A stretch of DNA of 32,000 bases from Pseudoalteromonas tetraodonis (GTDB lineage: Bacteria > Pseudomonadota > Gammaproteobacteria > Enterobacterales > Alteromonadaceae). Both the position numbers and the translations under genes were made by a program. Below are positions 29,425-32,000 of the stretch, piece by piece. Numbering within the stretch: position 1 is the first letter of the stretch; every line of letters starts with the position of its first letter. The notes beneath the pieces were generated by a model. That model had not been told where the DNA came from, did not search any database, and saw only the letters and a list, made by a program, of their open reading frames with translations. The DNA is taken from the NCBI RefSeq assembly GCF_002310835.1, contig NZ_CP011041.1:1710001-1742000 (forward strand), in the 5' to 3' direction.

Positions 29425-29517
29425 TTTCACTTTTGAGCCTTTTATTGCTTTGCTAGTCTGCACGACTTCGAATTTAGTAATTATAAAAACGTCTTTAATT
29501 TAGGCAAGGCACACACA

Positions 29518-30726
29518 ATGAAAAGAAAATTAGTATCGCTAGCAATTGCGGGTATTTTAGCTGCTCCAAGTATTTCAGCAGTAGAAGTGTTTAAGGATGA
29601 AAAAAATACAGTCGCAGTAGGCGGATATATTGATGCGCGAGTGATAAATACTCAAGGTCAAAACGAAATCGTCAATGGTGCCTCACGAATTAATTTTGAT
29701 TTTAAACGCCAACTAAAAAACGGCTGGGAAGCAATGGCTTTAGTTGAATGGGGTGTCAACCCTGTTGGCAGTAGCGATATTGTATACAACAACCGTTTTG
29801 AATCTATTCAAGATGAGTTTTTATATAATCGTTTAGGTTATGCAGGACTTAAACACGATAAATACGGCCAAATTACGATTGGTAAACAATGGGGTGCGTG
29901 GTTTGATGTTGTGTATGCTACAAACTACAGCTATGTATGGGATGGTAACGCTGCCGGTGTTTACACTTACAACAAAGACGATGGTGCAGTAAATGGTACT
30001 GGTCGTGGTGATAAAACACTGCAATACCGTAATAGCTACAACGACTTTGACTTTAGTGTTCAAACTCAGTTAAAAAACAGCGCTTTTTATACTTGTGATG
30101 TAAGTAATATTACAGAATCACAATGCCAAGCAAATTTTGAGTCTGGAGATGCTGCTGCACAACAAGTTGAATTTAACTATACGTTTGGCGGTGCAGTAAC
30201 CTATAACGTGACTGATAAGCTAAAACTGACTGCGGGTATTAACCGCGGCGAGTTTGAATTAACGTATGGCGACGGAACAACCCGCTCTGTTGACGATTTA
30301 ATTTATGGTGCAGGTGTTATTTGGGGCAATATTGATGCGCCAGGCTTGTATGTAGCCGCTAATATCAACAAAAACGAAAACCACGATACAGATAACATAG
30401 GTCGTTTAATTAAAGATGCGATTGGTATTGAAACATTTGTGTCGTATCGCTTTGATAACGATTTTAGACCATTTATTGCCTATAACTTATTTGATGCAGG
30501 TGATGACTACGTAATTCAACCAAACTTTAATGCCGATCCTAACGATGTATTTAAGCGTCAGTTTGCAGTTATTGGTGTGCATTACTTAATTGACCAAGAC
30601 ACACAACTTTATGTAGAAGCACGTAAAGACTTTGGTGATTTTGAAAGTAATAATAAACAGCAGCAAGCGCTAATGGAGCAATCTGAAGATGACGGTATTG
30701 CTTTTGGTTTTAGATACGTTCTTTAA
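29518..30726 (+). CDS. Outer-membrane general porin (Gram-negative porin family)
   Basis: Signal peptide MKRKLVSLAIAGILAAPSISA-VEV, then the alternating beta-strand pattern YIDARV.., YAGLKHDKYGQITIGKQW and a C-terminal beta-signal-like IAFGFRYVL. Confidence 0.8.
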   Translation: MKRKLVSLAIAGILAAPSISAVEVFKDEKNTVAVGGYIDARVINTQGQNEIVNGASRINFDFKRQLKNGWEAMALVEWGVNPVGSSDIVYNNRFESIQDEFLYNRLGYAGLKHDKYGQITIGKQWGAWFDVVYATNYSYVWDGNAAGVYTYNKDDGAVNGTGRGDKTLQYRNSYNDFDFSVQTQLKNSAFYTCDVSNITESQCQANFESGDAAAQQVEFNYTFGGAVTYNVTDKLKLTAGINRGEFELTYGDGTTRSVDDLIYGAGVIWGNIDAPGLYVAANINKNENHDTDNIGRLIKDAIGIETFVSYRFDNDFRPFIAYNLFDAGDDYVIQPNFNADPNDVFKRQFAVIGVHYLIDQDTQLYVEARKDFGDFESNNKQQQALMEQSEDDGIAFGFRYVL

Positions 30727-30770
30727 TATCAGTTGAGCTTTCAAGCTTAAAATCACAAAGCTAAACTTAA

Positions 30771-30797
30771 AGCCCTGCAAAATAGCAGGGCTTTTTT
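30771..30797. terminator. Rho-independent terminator after the porin gene (shared with the convergent small ORF)
   Basis: AGCCCTGC-AAAATA-GCAGGGCT followed by TTTTT. Confidence 0.85.
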
Positions 30798-30821
30798 CGA
30801 TTTGTTTAGTTGAAGCTTGAG

Positions 30822-31004
30822 CTATTTTTTCTTAAATGCTTTTTTTAACGCACGCGTCCCCTCTGTTGGCCCTAGAATAAGCCATAAAAAAGCAACCCCT
30901 CCTGGGACTAAAACTACTTTTAATATTGGCCCTAGCAAATAAGAATAAAAATAAATTAGTGGAATAAAAAGTACATAACCAATAACACGTTTGATAAACT
31001 TCAT
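30822..31004 (-). CDS. Small two-TM membrane protein (60 aa, unknown family)
   Basis: Two hydrophobic helices and a basic tail KKAFKKK. SD AAGGA lies 5 nt upstream of the ATG. Divergent from a TetR gene with shared operator-like palindromes. Preferred over the overlapping 67-aa ORF. Confidence 0.5.
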   Translation of the reverse strand: MKFIKRVIGYVLFIPLIYFYSYLLGPILKVVLVPGGVAFLWLILGPTEGTRALKKAFKKK

Positions 31005-31022
31005 GTAACATCCTTATAAAAA

Positions 31023-31060
31023 TGAGCGCGCTCACAATATTAATTGAGCGCGCTCAATTA
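31023..31060. promoter_or_regulatory. Twin palindromic operators in the TetR / small-membrane-protein divergent promoter
   Basis: TGAGCGCGCTCA at 31023-31034 and again at 31045-31056, centres 22 bp apart. The second copy extends to a 20-bp perfect palindrome TAATTGAGCGCGCTCAATTA (31041-31060). Confidence 0.6.
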
Positions 31061-31115
31061 ATCAAATAATGATTTAGCCCTTTTATTTAACAAACAAGTA
31101 AAGCATTGAAATATA

Positions 31116-31637
31116 ATGAGTAAAAAAGAAAAGACACGCGATAAAATTTTAGCTTCAGCATGGGAATTATTTTTGCTGCAAGGTTACGATCACACATCAA
31201 CAAGAGAAATAGCGGTTGCAGCCAATGTTGCTGTAGGTACAGTGTTTAGTCATTTTGAAAATAAAATTGATTTATTGATGGCCGGTATGCAACAACAAAT
31301 AGCCGTTATTATTAACCAAGCAAAGCAGTTAGATACGCAGCACTCCCCTCGCTTAAAGTTACGTCATTACGCTCATCCGCTTTATTCTTTTTATTGTGAA
31401 AATAGTGAATTTAGTAAGCTATTAATTAGCGACATCATTTGGAGAACGTCTTTTTTTAAAGCGCAGATGGATGAATTTAAACAACTGCTTTTTAGTGAAC
31501 AAACGAAGTTTGATGAAACAAAAGCAAGCGTAATGATGGACTGTTATTTTATGACCTTAATCGATGGGTTAAACGATCCCTTACCAAATGCTGAAAATAT
31601 GCTTAGACAGTTAAGTAATAAAATAGCGCTTTTGTAA
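31116..31637 (+). CDS. TetR/AcrR family transcriptional regulator
   Basis: N-terminal HTH RDKILASAWELFLLQGYDHTSTREIAVAANVAVGTVFSHFENK is the TetR signature. 173 aa. Confidence 0.88.
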   Translation: MSKKEKTRDKILASAWELFLLQGYDHTSTREIAVAANVAVGTVFSHFENKIDLLMAGMQQQIAVIINQAKQLDTQHSPRLKLRHYAHPLYSFYCENSEFSKLLISDIIWRTSFFKAQMDEFKQLLFSEQTKFDETKASVMMDCYFMTLIDGLNDPLPNAENMLRQLSNKIALL

Positions 31638-31890
31638 TTAAGTCCTAAACGTATAGATCGGTGCTGATATAAATAAAGCACCGCCCACCTTTTTTGTTAT
31701 TTAAATTCTTTATTTAACGATCCAGATAGCCAAACTCAATAAGCGTTATAAACCCACCACTCCACTTATGAGTAAATCGATAATTTATATTACGCCATTG
31801 CTAAGATTACATTTAAACACAATTAAGTATGATGTGTTCTTGCATGTGTTACCTTACATCCACCAGCCATTTACACCATAAAATAATTTA

Positions 31891-31938
31891 TAGCAAAACG
31901 GCTTAACTGTACATATATACAGTTAAGCCGTTTTGCTA
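31891..31938. promoter_or_regulatory. Perfect 21-bp-arm hairpin with a near-consensus LexA (SOS) box at its centre
   Basis: TAGCAAAACGGCTTAACTGTA-CATATA-TACAGTTAAGCCGTTTTGCTA. The central 20-mer AACTGTACATATATACAGTT (31905-31924) matches TACTGTATATATATACAGTA at 17 of 20 positions, with CTGT-N8-ACAG intact. Confidence 0.4.
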
Positions 31939-32000
31939 GTACTACTCTTAATTAAAGTTTAACAATATTATTAATTAATAAATTCATCATAGGCCATTAA

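Noticed and set aside
2695-30063. About two dozen 60-134 aa ORFs in the track that lie antisense to or inside the long genes. Examples: 2695-2976, 2970-3200, 7733-7942, 8847-9077, 9648-9887, 9972-10217, 12607-12792, 13117-13350, 15031-15216, 15447-15632, 16049-16306, 16388-16600, 19133-19537, 19611-19829, 21153-21344, 22466-22666, 22782-22976, 24340-24531, 25691-25885, 26467-26652, 27544-28216 and 29833-30063.
   Set aside because: Each is fully overlapped by a longer ORF with clear family motifs. Their translations are low-complexity or Cys/Ser/Leu-rich with no recognisable motif and no SD. These are typical shadow ORFs.
30832-31035. 67-aa minus-strand ORF overlapping the 60-aa small membrane protein in another frame.
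   Set aside because: It has no SD, its start sits inside the operator palindrome, and its composition (Cys/Phe/Arg-rich) looks non-protein-like. The 60-aa frame has an SD and clean TM helices.
31768-31881. 37-aa plus-strand ORF ending 9 nt before the big hairpin, and a 15-aa minus-strand ORF (31823-31870). Both were considered as the SOS-regulated small peptide.
   Set aside because: Neither has an SD, and neither is hydrophobic in the way known SOS-induced small toxins are. The evidence is insufficient.
31901-31928. Integron attC-like reading of the hairpin: GCTTAAC fits RYYYAAC and GTTAAGC fits GTTRRRY.
   Set aside because: Any palindrome containing GCTTAAC produces both cores. The cores are only 14 nt apart and lie inside the stem rather than at its ends. 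The stem is perfect, with no extrahelical bases. No integrase or cassette array is present.
31971-32000. Possible 3-prime end of a minus-strand gene entering from beyond the right edge (open frame ...LMAYDEFIN-stop).
   Set aside because: Only 9 codons are visible, so it cannot be distinguished from non-coding AT-rich sequence. It is mentioned only as one explanation for the downstream hairpin.
1-32000. Searched by eye for CRISPR repeats, tRNA/rRNA-like segments, IS inverted repeats, integrase, transposase or phage genes, and toxin-antitoxin or known defence-system gene pairs.
   Set aside because: None found. Every long ORF is accounted for by a housekeeping or conserved-hypothetical family, and intergenic regions contain only hairpins and operator-like palindromes. 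A proper covariance-model or HMM scan was not possible here.

Overview
AT-rich window that reads as core chromosome of a marine gammaproteobacterium. An Alteromonadales-like origin (Pseudoalteromonas or Colwellia type) is my inference from protein similarity and gene content; no search was run. I support 31 protein-coding genes, densely packed and mostly on the minus strand. Housekeeping genes: rmf, fabA, pfkA, miaE, maeA, ggt, purE, purK and ybiT. Envelope and secreted proteins: M23 peptidase, S9 lipoprotein peptidase, EEP-family hydrolase, porin, SIMPL/YggE, DUF1090 protein and a rhombosortase-like protease. There are also several conserved operons of unknown function. I found no rRNA, tRNA, CRISPR array, transposase, integrase or phage gene, and nothing that looks like a known defence system. 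The window therefore looks ordinary rather than accessory. Most interesting items: (1) a five-gene minus-strand operon at 3497-9073 with tight or overlapping junctions, encoding a CheY-like receiver, MoxR ATPase, DUF58 protein, TgpA-like transglutaminase and YuiF-type permease; (2) a tight MAPEG, orphan periplasmic binding protein, sulfotransferase operon at 11697-13622; (3) a two-domain PTPS/QueD-family protein with complementary motif loss, whose stop overlaps a candidate start of an M23 peptidase gene; (4) a DUF2798, YeiH, secreted EEP hydrolase operon; (5) readable regulatory DNA: adjacent FadR and FabR boxes at fabA, twin 12-bp palindromes in a TetR divergent promoter, and a near-consensus SOS (LexA) box inside a perfect 48-bp hairpin at the right edge; (6) a probable non-ATG (possibly ATT) start for ybiT. 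All product calls come from reading the supplied translations for family motifs. No database search, HMM scan, folding or statistics was run.
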